A stretch of DNA of 64,000 bases. It comes from a virus (Duplodnaviria; Caudoviricetes). Position numbers and translations under genes: made by a program. The stretch lies in the IMG/VR virus record IMGVR_UViG_3300010338_000575. One strand, 5' to 3'. The notes beneath the pieces are model-generated. The model was not told where the DNA came from. It saw nothing but the letters and a program-made list of their open reading frames with translations, and did not search any database. Positions 1 through 9,722 of the stretch are shown piece by piece. The first letter of the stretch is position 1; each line of letters begins with the position of its first letter.

Positions 1-1323
1 ACCCTTAACTTTATGAACAGTACTTAATACAATACCATGTAATTCATCGGTAAATATTGTTTTTATTTTATACTTTAAATCTGAAATGTTATCAGATATT
101 TTTGCCAAAAATAATAAAGTATTTACTTTATCCGCTAAATTAGCATATCCATTATGATCATCTGGATTTAATATACCTTGTGATTTTAAATCATTCGCAT
201 AATTTTCCAATTCAATTGTCCAAAAATTAATTAATTTATCAATTGTTTTAACATTACCGATTAATTCAATGAGATGTATACCAATATCAGACCCTTTTAT
301 AATTGCTTTTTTTCCTTTCGATAAAAATTCAAAAAATAATTTAACCAATGGTGTTGTTGTTCTACATATTACAAAATCACCATCTCTCGTTTCATCGAGT
401 ACATTACCATCCCTAACAATACCATCAGGTGCATCTGGCAATGCTTTAATATCGGGAACAATTTCCTGTGCTTTTTTTATTACATTTTTTGAACATCTAA
501 ATGATATCGATAATTGTAACGATTTTGTATTTGGAAATTTTTCAAACCATTCGAATGATTTATCATCAGTACCATTAAAACCATAGATTGTTTGAAAATT
601 ATCACCAACACTAACCAATCGACCAATTATTTTACCAGTTTTTTTATCTTTTTTTAGTGTTTTTTCAATTATTTTTATTTGACATCGATTTAAATCTTGG
701 GCTTCGTCAACAAATACATAATCTTGTGGAAATAACCATATACTACTATCAATTGCAGGTAAGTATATCATATCAATATAATCGTATGTGGTTCTATCGT
801 TTGTTGAATCATCAAGTATTTTCAACGTTCTTTTTATATCTTTAGGTTTTGATATCGGTATATCAAATCTATCACAAAGATAGGGGATATAGTCAATATT
901 TGTTGTTAATGTTAATCTACATAAATTAACCAATTTTTTTATATTATTTAAGTATAAATTAATCTCATCTTCATTATCATTAAACTCAACCGACAAATCC
1001 CAATTTTTTGATTTTTTTTGAATTATTTTATCAATCTTAAATTCATCAAAAACAATTTTATCACCATATTTTCTTTTTATTGCAGAAACACCAAGACCAT
1101 ACGTAGTATAACATCTAACATATTCTGGCAATTTTGTTTTCAACTCTTCTTGAATATGTTTATTGAATGCTAAATACAGTATTTTTTTATCCTTAGGTAA
1201 TAATTTAACAGCCTCAACAATCGTTGTTGTTTTACCAGTACCCGCAAATGCTTTTATTAATATATTTTCAGGTCTATTTTTTATAAAATGAAATATTCTG
1301 TTCTGTTCGTCAGTTGCCTTCAT
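1..1323 (-). CDS. UvrD/Rep-like superfamily 1 helicase (3' end runs off the window)
   Basis: Manual translation from ATG at 1323: MKATDEQNRIF...AFAGTGKTTT (Walker A), VDEAQDLN (motif II), VGDNFQTIYGF (motif III), STVHKVKG at the window edge. Absent from the ORF track because it is truncated. Confidence 0.9.
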   Translation of the reverse strand, partial: MKATDEQNRIFHFIKNRPENILIKAFAGTGKTTTIVEAVKLLPKDKKILYLAFNKHIQEELKTKLPEYVRCYTTYGLGVSAIKRKYGDKIVFDEFKIDKIIQKKSKNWDLSVEFNDNEDEINLYLNNIKKLVNLCRLTLTTNIDYIPYLCDRFDIPISKPKDIKRTLKILDDSTNDRTTYDYIDMIYLPAIDSSIWLFPQDYVFVDEAQDLNRCQIKIIEKTLKKDKKTGKIIGRLVSVGDNFQTIYGFNGTDDKSFEWFEKFPNTKSLQLSISFRCSKNVIKKAQEIVPDIKALPDAPDGIVRDGNVLDETRDGDFVICRTTTPLVKLFFEFLSKGKKAIIKGSDIGIHLIELIGNVKTIDKLINFWTIELENYANDLKSQGILNPDDHNGYANLADKVNTLLFLAKISDNISDLKYKIKTIFTDELHGIVLSTVHKVKG

Positions 1324-1795
1324 ATGATGAAATTAATTTCCAATGATTATTATTATCTTCGTCTATATCTAATTCAAAAATAGATTTTTCTTCAAGAATC
1401 AAAACTCTTAATCCTTTTTTTATTTCAAATAATTTATTATTAAAAAAATAATAACTATAACGTTTCATACTTTCCAATTCTTGAAATGAATTGGCGGTAA
1501 AATGGTATTTTGAATTAAATAAAAATGACACATCACCTGATGTTTTCATTTTTTCAATCAAAATTTTTGCAAACTCATCACTTATTTGACCAATTATTTC
1601 CGTACATTCCTTTAATTTATTTTTTGTATTTTCACTTATATTATAATTTACATTATTCTGTAAATGATAAAAAATATAATAAGTTACTTCAATGGCAAAA
1701 AATTTATCTTCAGGATTATCATCATGTTCATCAGATAATACTAAAAATGGTCTGCCGTTTTTATCAATATCAATATCATATTCAATATTAAACAT
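1310..1795 (-). CDS. hypothetical protein
   Basis: 161-aa ORF overlapping the helicase start, preceded by a TATATTTG promoter motif. Confidence 0.7.
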   Translation of the reverse strand: MFNIEYDIDIDKNGRPFLVLSDEHDDNPEDKFFAIEVTYYIFYHLQNNVNYNISENTKNKLKECTEIIGQISDEFAKILIEKMKTSGDVSFLFNSKYHFTANSFQELESMKRYSYYFFNNKLFEIKKGLRVLILEEKSIFELDIDEDNNNHWKLISSYEGN

Positions 1796-1817
1796 AATAA
1801 ATCACAATTAACGACTA

Positions 1818-1825
1818 CAAATATA
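1818..1825 (-). promoter_or_regulatory. Bacteroidota sigmaA-type -7 element (TAnnTTTG)
   Basis: TATATTTG on the minus strand just upstream of the 1795 gene. Confidence 0.55.
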
Positions 1826-1869
1826 GTATATTTTATAAAAAAAACATAATATTTTTTTATACAAAAAAA

Positions 1870-1877
1870 GTATTTAT
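1870..1877 (+). promoter_or_regulatory. putative phage late promoter GTATTTAT (first of ~15 copies)
   Basis: Same octamer lies upstream of most virion genes, in the sense orientation (see findings). Confidence 0.65.
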
Positions 1878-1917
1878 TTAAAATAAACATTATGTTTAAT
1901 ATTAAACAAGTATAAAT

Positions 1918-3042
1918 ATGGCATTAATTTCAACAGCAGAAAAAAATAAACTTTATTTACACGTTAAACACGAATTGGGATATCCGCTAAGACCATTTGA
2001 AATTAAAGACGAAATGATGGATTCGTATTTAGAAATGGTGATTGAAGATTATTCATCTATTGTTAATAGTTGGCTAATTGAACAACAATGGGTTGGTATT
2101 GAAGGTATTAAAATGAGCAGTAATAATGATTTATTACAAGCAATAACTTATAAGTCCAACCATTATATGGAATCGTTTACATATGCATATTCAAAACAAT
2201 TGGGTTTAGGTACAAACGCACCAGCATCGAATAAATGGGAATTAAAAAGAGATTTTATTATAACTGAAGAAAACACACAACATTATATTATACCAAAAGG
2301 TCGTGAAATTAATGAAGTTTTGTGGGAAACACCACCCGAAATCGATGGTGGATTGGTTGACCCATTTGCATTAAATGCTTGGAGTGCTGGTATGATGGGT
2401 ATGTCATATCTTGGTAGACCAGCATTATATGTTCAACCAACATATTCAATACTATTAAGCGCACAAGATAGACGAATGAAACAAAAAGTGTTGCAATCAA
2501 CATTGACTTATCGTATAACTGGTTTGGCAAGTGGTGAAAAAATGTTACACTTATATCCAATACCCAATAGTAGACATGAAATTGCACCATCATGGGGTAA
2601 ACATTATGCTGGTAGAAAGGTTTGGTATTGGTATTATGATACAACATCGGATGAAGAAAGAGAAAAATGTATTGATGAAAATGACGATGTGGTTAGATTA
2701 CCGTCCGATCCACCAATAAAAGTGTTGAAATGGGAAAAATTAAACGATGTTGCACGTCAACAAATACGTAATTTATTAATTGCAAAGGTTAAAATTGTTA
2801 TCGGCGGTATTCGTGGTTTTTATAGTGGTGAACTTGGTGTTGCTGAAAAACAGTTAACTATGGATTATCGACATTTATTAGATGAGGGTCTTAAATTAAA
2901 AGAAGATACTGAAAAAATTATAAAAGAAACTTTGGATAAAATAAGTCAAGAAAAATTAACTGAAACCCGTGCAAAAATTGCTGAAAATGTGAATAAAGAA
3001 CGTGGTTATCAGCCACCACAATACCCAATAATACCAATATAA
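1918..3042 (+). CDS. neck/head-tail adaptor protein (T4 gp13-like)
   Basis: N-terminal 'HELGYPLRPFEI', C-terminal 'LLDEGLKLKE...PPQYP' architecture; sits before a gp14-like gene; late motif upstream. Confidence 0.65.
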   Translation: MALISTAEKNKLYLHVKHELGYPLRPFEIKDEMMDSYLEMVIEDYSSIVNSWLIEQQWVGIEGIKMSSNNDLLQAITYKSNHYMESFTYAYSKQLGLGTNAPASNKWELKRDFIITEENTQHYIIPKGREINEVLWETPPEIDGGLVDPFALNAWSAGMMGMSYLGRPALYVQPTYSILLSAQDRRMKQKVLQSTLTYRITGLASGEKMLHLYPIPNSRHEIAPSWGKHYAGRKVWYWYYDTTSDEEREKCIDENDDVVRLPSDPPIKVLKWEKLNDVARQQIRNLLIAKVKIVIGGIRGFYSGELGVAEKQLTMDYRHLLDEGLKLKEDTEKIIKETLDKISQEKLTETRAKIAENVNKERGYQPPQYPIIPI

Positions 3043-3061
3043 TATTATATGTTAGTTTGAT

Positions 3062-3604
3062 ATGAAAAAAAAGAAACAATATCTTGATTTAGAAGAAGAA
3101 CGTTATGGATTATTTATGACTGATAATTCATTTGAGTTAGATGTTTTATATGGTATGAATTATTTACAAACCGATAACGTTCAAGAAATCATTTTACACA
3201 AAATAAATGTAATTGAAACTAAATCACATTCATTATATGGTCAAGCAAAAGCAAAAGATAAAAAATTCATGACACCAATAAAACTCAATGCAATGGTTAC
3301 TGTTGAAGATGCAAAACAAGAATATTATGGCAATGGGGGTATTTCAAGAGATGATACTGGTAGATTGATTATTGGTATATATCTTAATGAATTGAAAAAT
3401 AAAAACGTTGAAATTGATAGAGGTGATATTATTGAATATAATATGAGTGGTGAAAAGAATAGATATTATGAAGTTGAAAACGCTAATTATATTAGCGATG
3501 AAACTAAAAAAACTATTGGTGGTTTTAAACCATACTGGAAAAAAATTATTGCAATTCCAGTTAAAGAAGATATTGTACCCTTTATTAACGAATCAAATGG
3601 TTAA
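3062..3604 (+). CDS. head closure/neck protein (T4 gp14-like)
   Basis: 'HSLYGQAK..KKF..PI', 'IDRGDII...RYYEV' pattern; synteny with the gp13-like gene. Confidence 0.55.
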   Translation: MKKKKQYLDLEEERYGLFMTDNSFELDVLYGMNYLQTDNVQEIILHKINVIETKSHSLYGQAKAKDKKFMTPIKLNAMVTVEDAKQEYYGNGGISRDDTGRLIIGIYLNELKNKNVEIDRGDIIEYNMSGEKNRYYEVENANYISDETKKTIGGFKPYWKKIIAIPVKEDIVPFINESNG

Positions 3605-3639
3605 AATTCTTTAAATAAGAAAATATAAATCTTCTATAT

Positions 3640-3771
3640 ATAAAACGTTTTGCGGCTTGGCGTAGTGGCGGATTTTTAGCACAAAAGTTCAATCGAAGAA
3701 CTGCACTTTGATTTAGCACTAAACTGTCATAAAAATGGTTCACCCGCCATTTCGCCAAACTGCTGTTGTGC
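3640..3771 (-). mobile_element. attC-like palindromic cassette-boundary element of Bacteroidota type
   Basis: GC-rich imperfect palindrome: arms 3652-3662/3753-3763 and 3666-3671/3744-3749. On the minus strand it is bounded by GCACAAC (R''-like) and GTT (R'-like, 3646-3644), directly downstream of the methyltransferase. Confidence 0.6.
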
Positions 3772-5563
3772 GTTGTGCTTCTTCATCCGTCAATGCGAAA
3801 ATGTCCATTTGCTTCGCTAATTGTCTTTGTTTTAATGTTTGTAAAAAGTCTTCCCACTTGTCATGTGAAACCTGTAAATTGTAATTTTTATTTATTGAAT
3901 TGATTTCTGTCTGTAACGCTACGTCTGAAAATTGTGTTGCTAATTTGTAAAGGTCAATTCGCATTAAAATGTCTTTTGTGAAAGTCCGTTTTGCATCTGA
4001 AAATGTAATGGCTTGTAGTAATTCTTTTGTCTTGTCAGAATTTAGAAGAATGGTTGTGTAAGCAGCAAATTCAATGTTGTCGAAGCCTAAAAAATAACAA
4101 GTGTCGTCAAGCATCAAAGGCTTGTCGTCCAAAGGTAAAATTATACTGAATGTAAATGTTTTGTAAAGTCCTGAAATTGCAACCTTGTATGGTAAAAAAG
4201 AGTAGTCGCCAATTCCGAATATCGAGAAGTCAGGTTTGTTGTTATAAATGCTTGATTTTCTCTGGTCGAAATATGCTTTATGTGAATGCAAATATCTGAA
4301 TGTGTTAGGATATTTCTGTTTGATAAAGGAAGTGTCCTGTCCCACCTTTTTCTGTGTGATTATGGTGAATTTTCTTGGTTGGTTGATAACAGTTTGTTTT
4401 AAATCGGAACTTTTAAGCACTCCAAAAACCAAGTCTTCTTCAAGGTTTACTTCTTCTTGTTTTCCATTCACAAAATGTCCGTTTACACGTTCTAACTCCA
4501 TTATAGAAGACAAGTCGTGTTTGATACCTTGTCGCCACTCAAACGGACAAACTCCGTCAATATTAAAACTATGTTTATATAAATCAGTATTGGAAACAAA
4601 CTTGTCAGCAACCCAACCAAACTCTTTTACATTTTTTGTTGGTTGGTAAAAATTAAATTCTTTACAAGTGTATTCAGGTTTAGAATTTAGTTTGCAAAAA
4701 AGCAAAGCAGCTTCTACTGAAACGCCAAATTCTTTTTTGCAATCAATTGTTAGTTTTTCGATGTCTGAAATCTTGTATTTTCTTTGGTATTGGTCATACA
4801 CTACATTTTTAATTACCGAATTTTTTACTAAAAATGCCAAATGTCCGTTTGAGTTTTGGAAAGCATCAAACATCATAAGTGTGATGTATTCACCAATATC
4901 AAAATTTCCTTTTCCTGTAATAGCATCAAAACCATTATGCTTTTTAAAGTTTGATTTTTGAGGCAGATTATTTGAATCCAAACTACTCAATTTAGAATTT
5001 GTAACCCAAGGCGGATTTCCCAAAACCAAAATTTCATCTCTGGATTTACTTACAAGTGAGCCAAAATCAAAATCAAATACATTGAAGTGAAAAATCTCGA
5101 TTTTAGGTTTGCGTTTACTTGGGTTAGAAATATAAAACTCAATGATATTAAATTTTGTCTCCCATGTGTATGGCTTGTATATTTCAACTCCAATAATCGT
5201 TTCGATATGATTGAATGATGAAAGTGCAGCAACGATGAAGTTTCCCTTCCCACAAGTTGGCTCAATGACAAGTTTGGGGTTTACTTTTTTCTGAGTTTTA
5301 AGAAAATGCGTAACAGCTTTTGCCAAATTTTGATTGGTCTGAAAGTCACCATATTCGGTGCGATCAGGTTCAGCTACAATATTCTGTGTTAATGAAATTG
5401 CATCTTTGAAAACTTCATATTCTTCCTGACTACCAAAGAAATTATTGATGTTGAAGGCATCAACTAATTTTTCATTGGCAGTTTCAAAAAGATTAACTTG
5501 ACTTAACTTTTTATTGAGCAAGTCAGCTACTTGATGGGAAATATTTGCTTCAAATATTTTCAT
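3740..5563 (-). CDS. N6-adenine DNA methyltransferase of type II R-M origin (gamma class, NspV/Eco57I-like), horizontally acquired
   Basis: Motif I 'IEPTCGKGNF', motif IV 'GNPPW', 'EYGDFQT'; visibly higher GC and different codon use than its neighbours. Confidence 0.85.
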   Translation of the reverse strand: MKIFEANISHQVADLLNKKLSQVNLFETANEKLVDAFNINNFFGSQEEYEVFKDAISLTQNIVAEPDRTEYGDFQTNQNLAKAVTHFLKTQKKVNPKLVIEPTCGKGNFIVAALSSFNHIETIIGVEIYKPYTWETKFNIIEFYISNPSKRKPKIEIFHFNVFDFDFGSLVSKSRDEILVLGNPPWVTNSKLSSLDSNNLPQKSNFKKHNGFDAITGKGNFDIGEYITLMMFDAFQNSNGHLAFLVKNSVIKNVVYDQYQRKYKISDIEKLTIDCKKEFGVSVEAALLFCKLNSKPEYTCKEFNFYQPTKNVKEFGWVADKFVSNTDLYKHSFNIDGVCPFEWRQGIKHDLSSIMELERVNGHFVNGKQEEVNLEEDLVFGVLKSSDLKQTVINQPRKFTIITQKKVGQDTSFIKQKYPNTFRYLHSHKAYFDQRKSSIYNNKPDFSIFGIGDYSFLPYKVAISGLYKTFTFSIILPLDDKPLMLDDTCYFLGFDNIEFAAYTTILLNSDKTKELLQAITFSDAKRTFTKDILMRIDLYKLATQFSDVALQTEINSINKNYNLQVSHDKWEDFLQTLKQRQLAKQMDIFALTDEEAQRTTAVWRNGG

Positions 5564-5676
5564 CAACTTTTCTTTTTATGAACGATTTGTTCGTCAATGT
5601 TGTATTTTTAAAATGACAAATAAGAAATTCATACTTTTGATTTTCTTTATAATACTCATCAACTGCAGTATAATTC

Positions 5677-5925
5677 TTACTCATTTTTATGATTGTTGAT
5701 TTTTTGCTTTATTTTATTTAATTCATCAACCAATTTTTTGTGTTGATCTTTCGATTGTATGCCTAAATCATCACCAAAATCACAAAAAACATCAATCACA
5801 AAGTTGATATACTCCTTTTCTTTTTTTGAAAATATTATGGTTTTTCTTAATAAAATGAAAATTGATGCAGATAATAAAGCCACAATCAATAATAGTAACA
5901 CTATTATAGCATATAGCATTAACAT
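5677..5925 (-). CDS. small membrane protein
   Basis: 82 aa with an N-terminal hydrophobic helix; co-oriented downstream of thyA. Confidence 0.6.
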   Translation of the reverse strand: MLMLYAIIVLLLLIVALLSASIFILLRKTIIFSKKEKEYINFVIDVFCDFGDDLGIQSKDQHKKLVDELNKIKQKINNHKNE

Positions 5926-5934
5926 TAATTCATT

Positions 5935-6966
5935 TTATTTTTTTAACCCTGTAAATAATTCAGCCTTTATTGCATCGTGATGATAATATCCCATAATTTC
6001 AAAATCATCAAATGTTAAATTTTCAATATCTTCAATAGTATTTAATTCTTTTTTAATATTTAATTTAGGTGATGGGTATGGTTTTCTTTTCAATTGTTCC
6101 ATTGCCATCGGTATGTGTTCTTTATACAAATGAACATCACCACCAATCCAAGTTGCAGTACCAGCAATCATATTACACGTTTTAGCAATTATCATCAATA
6201 ATAGAGACATACTTGCTAAATTAAATGGTACGCCCAAAAACATATCAGCACTACGTTGATACATATTTAAATCTAAATAAAATTTAGGTGCGTTAAGTTT
6301 ATCCAAATCATCGTGAGTGTATTCTTTATTTTCATTCAAAACATTTACATATTCAACCCTTTCTTCAATAGTTAATGGTCTTACAATAAAATGATATAAC
6401 AAATGACACGGTGGTAATGCCATTTTATTAAAATCACTAATATTCCAAGCATCTAATATATGATATCTACTATATGGATTTGTTTTTAATCCATTGATTA
6501 TTCCATTAATTTGGTCAACGCCGTTTTGATTTCTCCATTGATAACCATAAACCTTACCCAAATCACCGTATTTATACACATTCATTGTAAATCCATTCTT
6601 ATCGGGATATGAATACATTGCACCATCTTTAACTTTTTTCAAAAATTCATCAATTGTTAATTTAGGTGCATTGTGTTCTTTTACATATTTTTCATTATAC
6701 CATCTAAACGCATCATCATTCCAAATATTAACATTATTATCAACCAAATACTTAATATTTGTATCACCTTTAAGAAACCATAATAATTCGATAATAACAC
6801 CCTTTATATAAATTTTTTTTGTTGTTATTAACGGAAAACCCTTACGTAAATCCATTTTAATGCTAGCACCAGTAATACCAATCGTATTTGGCATATTAGC
6901 CCTACCACTTTCCTTTTCTCGACCATTATCAAGAATTGTTTGTAATATATCTAAATATTGCTTCAT
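5935..6966 (-). CDS. thyA: thymidylate synthase
   Basis: 'ELLWFLKGDTN', 'GKVYGYQWR', 'MALPPCH', 'YQRSADMFLGVPFN', 'GDVHLY'. Confidence 0.97.
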   Translation of the reverse strand: MKQYLDILQTILDNGREKESGRANMPNTIGITGASIKMDLRKGFPLITTKKIYIKGVIIELLWFLKGDTNIKYLVDNNVNIWNDDAFRWYNEKYVKEHNAPKLTIDEFLKKVKDGAMYSYPDKNGFTMNVYKYGDLGKVYGYQWRNQNGVDQINGIINGLKTNPYSRYHILDAWNISDFNKMALPPCHLLYHFIVRPLTIEERVEYVNVLNENKEYTHDDLDKLNAPKFYLDLNMYQRSADMFLGVPFNLASMSLLLMIIAKTCNMIAGTATWIGGDVHLYKEHIPMAMEQLKRKPYPSPKLNIKKELNTIEDIENLTFDDFEIMGYYHHDAIKAELFTGLKK

Positions 6967-6977
6967 ATGTTTATTAT

Positions 6978-7412
6978 TTAAATACCAGTTGAACCAAAAC
7001 CACCCGAATTTCTTTGCGTTTCTTCCAATTTATCTGTAACAACTAAATTAACTTTTACATATTCACTAATAATCATTTGTGCAATTTTATCACCATTTTT
7101 TATAACAAATGGTTTATCCCCCAAATTAATTAAACAAATCTTAATTTCACCACGATAATCACTATCAATAGTACCCGGTGTGTTTAATACCGTAATTCCA
7201 TGCTTACATGCCAAACCAGAACGTGGTCTTATTTGTGCTTCGTAATTTTCATCTAATTGAATATAAATCCCTGTGGGTATTAATACTCTTTGCATCGGTT
7301 CAATTGTTATTTCATTATCTAAAAAAGCGTATAAATCTAAACCCGATGAACCTTTAGTTGCATAATTTGGTAATGGATTGTTTGATTTGTTAATAATTAG
7401 TACATTTGTCAT
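6978..7412 (-). CDS. dut: trimeric dUTPase
   Basis: 'SSGLDL', 'QIRPRSGLA', 'GTIDSDYRGEI', 'RNSGGFGSTG'. Confidence 0.97.
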   Translation of the reverse strand: MTNVLIINKSNNPLPNYATKGSSGLDLYAFLDNEITIEPMQRVLIPTGIYIQLDENYEAQIRPRSGLACKHGITVLNTPGTIDSDYRGEIKICLINLGDKPFVIKNGDKIAQMIISEYVKVNLVVTDKLEETQRNSGGFGSTGI

Positions 7413-7422
7413 AATAAAAAAA

Positions 7423-7716
7423 TTAAATTAATTCGTTATAGTTATTAATATCATTCAATTTTTTAAAAAATTCATCAATATCGATATCATCACTCAATTC
7501 ACTCACAATTTCATTATACTCATTTAATATTTTTTGGTTGTTTGCAAACATTTCATCAATTTTTGATATTGCAAATCTTGCTTGTGAACCATATTCATCT
7601 AATTCAATATTGGACGGTTTATTTTCCAATTTTATATAATTGGAAGCATCAGCATAAAACTGTAATGCTTTTTTTAATAATTCAATCAAATTTTGATATT
7701 CCTCAATATTATTCAT
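7423..7716 (-). CDS. hypothetical protein
   Basis: 97-aa ORF tightly packed in the operon. Confidence 0.6.
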   Translation of the reverse strand: MNNIEEYQNLIELLKKALQFYADASNYIKLENKPSNIELDEYGSQARFAISKIDEMFANNQKILNEYNEIVSELSDDIDIDEFFKKLNDINNYNELI

Positions 7717-8053
7717 CTATATTTTCATTTTTTTCCTTCATATTGTTTATTACTTCATTAACTTCATTAATTTCATTTGGGTATAATGTAAATTCTTTTC
7801 TATATGGAAACTCTTTATTATTTCTTATTTTTTGATGAAAAAATTTCCCTTGAGATTCTGATTTTTCAAACTCATCGTATATTTCTTGTGTAATATTACC
7901 ATACGAGTATGTTTCGCCTCTTTTAAATGCGATATAGAGTCTTTTCATGTTGGGAAAATATGTGGTTTTTAATATGTTATCAGAATCAAAAATTGATTCT
8001 ATATAACCAATTTTCTGATTTTCATCTAAAATTTCTTTTCTCAAAACAAGCAT
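7709..8053 (-). CDS. KTSC domain protein
   Basis: 'SDNI...Y...KRLYIAFKRGETYSY..I..EIY..F.KSESQGKFFHQKIR' matches the KTSC pattern; start moved to the ATG at 8053. Confidence 0.75.
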   Translation of the reverse strand: MLVLRKEILDENQKIGYIESIFDSDNILKTTYFPNMKRLYIAFKRGETYSYGNITQEIYDEFEKSESQGKFFHQKIRNNKEFPYRKEFTLYPNEINEVNEVINNMKEKNENIDE

Positions 8054-8130
8054 AATAAATAGTATTTTACTATATGCAAAGTAAATATAAATATATGATT
8101 TTTGCAAGTATTTATAAAAAAATATTTAAA

Positions 8131-8895
8131 ATGGCATTACCAAAAAAAATAAAATATACACAAGAATTAATTCCACCTAAAAGCGGTCATGAATATTTAC
8201 AATTTGGTTTAGACCGTATTGAAGAATTAATGTTGGCAACTGATATTAAAACAAAGCATTTACCAAGAACAATATTGTTTGAAGATATTGACCAAGCAGT
8301 TTTCGATTATATTAATGATGGTAAGTTAAGAGCGGTTATTGATGGTAAAATTGTACCCACATTTTATTTGGATAATGATCGTTGGGGTGAATTTAAAAAA
8401 ACTTGGAAATTCATGGATAATGATAAAAACGTCCCAACTCCTTATATCACAATTAGACGTTCCGATAAAAAACCGGGAACTAGAATTGGTCAAAAATATA
8501 AAGTACCACAATTACGTAAATTTAGATATAGTGAAATACCGATATTAGATGAAGGACAAATTGTTTTTCTTTTATTTAAAATGCCAGAACCAACAAATGT
8601 TGATTTATCTTATGAAGTTTTATTATTTACTAAATATAGGGTTGATGTTAATCAATATGATGAACAAATGTTAAAAAATTTTGCATCAAGACAAGACTTT
8701 TTATTTATAAAGGGAAGTCCAATGCCAATACTTCTTGAAGATATTAGTGAAGCCAATACTGTTGAAAATATTGATGGTGATCGATTTTTTGTTTCTAAAT
8801 ATACATTAAAGGTTCTTGGTTTTATACAAGATGAAAAAGATTTTGAAATTGTAAAAGCATACAGAAAACCAAGATTTTCATACGATATTAAATAA
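8131..8895 (+). CDS. tail terminator/sheath stabilizer (T4 gp15-like)
   Basis: 'DIDQAVFDYI..IVPTFY..DRW..PYITIRR', 'PTNVDLSYEV'; late motif at 8108 places the start at the ATG at 8131. Confidence 0.5.
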   Translation: MALPKKIKYTQELIPPKSGHEYLQFGLDRIEELMLATDIKTKHLPRTILFEDIDQAVFDYINDGKLRAVIDGKIVPTFYLDNDRWGEFKKTWKFMDNDKNVPTPYITIRRSDKKPGTRIGQKYKVPQLRKFRYSEIPILDEGQIVFLLFKMPEPTNVDLSYEVLLFTKYRVDVNQYDEQMLKNFASRQDFLFIKGSPMPILLEDISEANTVENIDGDRFFVSKYTLKVLGFIQDEKDFEIVKAYRKPRFSYDIK

Positions 8896-8900
8896 TTTTT

Positions 8901-9722
8901 TTACTCAACATCAATATAATCATTAGAATTATAATCAAACACCTTTTTATCTGGATAGTTCTGTTTTTTTATTTCTAAATCATTAACACTATCATTTGCC
9001 CTTTCAACATATTTTGATGTTGGTAATATTTCATATGCAAATAAATTAGTATCAAAAAATTGCCATGTTTTTGTTGATGTATTTAACAAAACCTTAAAAT
9101 ATAATTTCTCAGATGTTAGTAATGACCTTTTTGAATAATTATAAAACACCGAAAGTTTACCAGTTTTTGCGTTATAGAAATTAAATCTAAGATATGAAAC
9201 AATTATTGTGGTATTATTATTCTTTTCGAGAAATGATATTGGTATAAATAAATCATTAAATTGTGTATTCAACGATGGATTAAATTCGTGTATCGGGTTT
9301 TTATCAATACCAATTATTTTTGTAACATAATTCGTTGTTATTTTATTTTGTGTATACGAATCATAAGTATCGAAAAGTTCCATAATATAGAAACTTTTTT
9401 TTACTGCAATACTATTTTGATTTAACTCATCAGTTGTAAATCCTGCATTAGTAAATGTATTTCCATAAATATTATTTTTATAAAAATAAAACTTAATCGT
9501 GTTTATTGAATTTTGACTAACATTATACCCATATGATTGTGCATTTGTGTTATTATAAACAAATCTACGAACCTCAACATCGTTAATCGGATTTATTAAT
9601 TTTTGTTTTGTCTCATTAACCAATTCATCAATGTGTTGTTGTTCACCAATTGGTTTTCTTATATCATTCAAACCAATTTTTATATTTGTATCAAAACCAT
9701 TATATTTTATTGTATATTTCAT
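8901..9722 (-). CDS. putative virion structural protein
   Basis: 273-aa ORF coupled to the upstream late-motif gene. Confidence 0.5.
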   Translation of the reverse strand: MKYTIKYNGFDTNIKIGLNDIRKPIGEQQHIDELVNETKQKLINPINDVEVRRFVYNNTNAQSYGYNVSQNSINTIKFYFYKNNIYGNTFTNAGFTTDELNQNSIAVKKSFYIMELFDTYDSYTQNKITTNYVTKIIGIDKNPIHEFNPSLNTQFNDLFIPISFLEKNNNTTIIVSYLRFNFYNAKTGKLSVFYNYSKRSLLTSEKLYFKVLLNTSTKTWQFFDTNLFAYEILPTSKYVERANDSVNDLEIKKQNYPDKKVFDYNSNDYIDVE

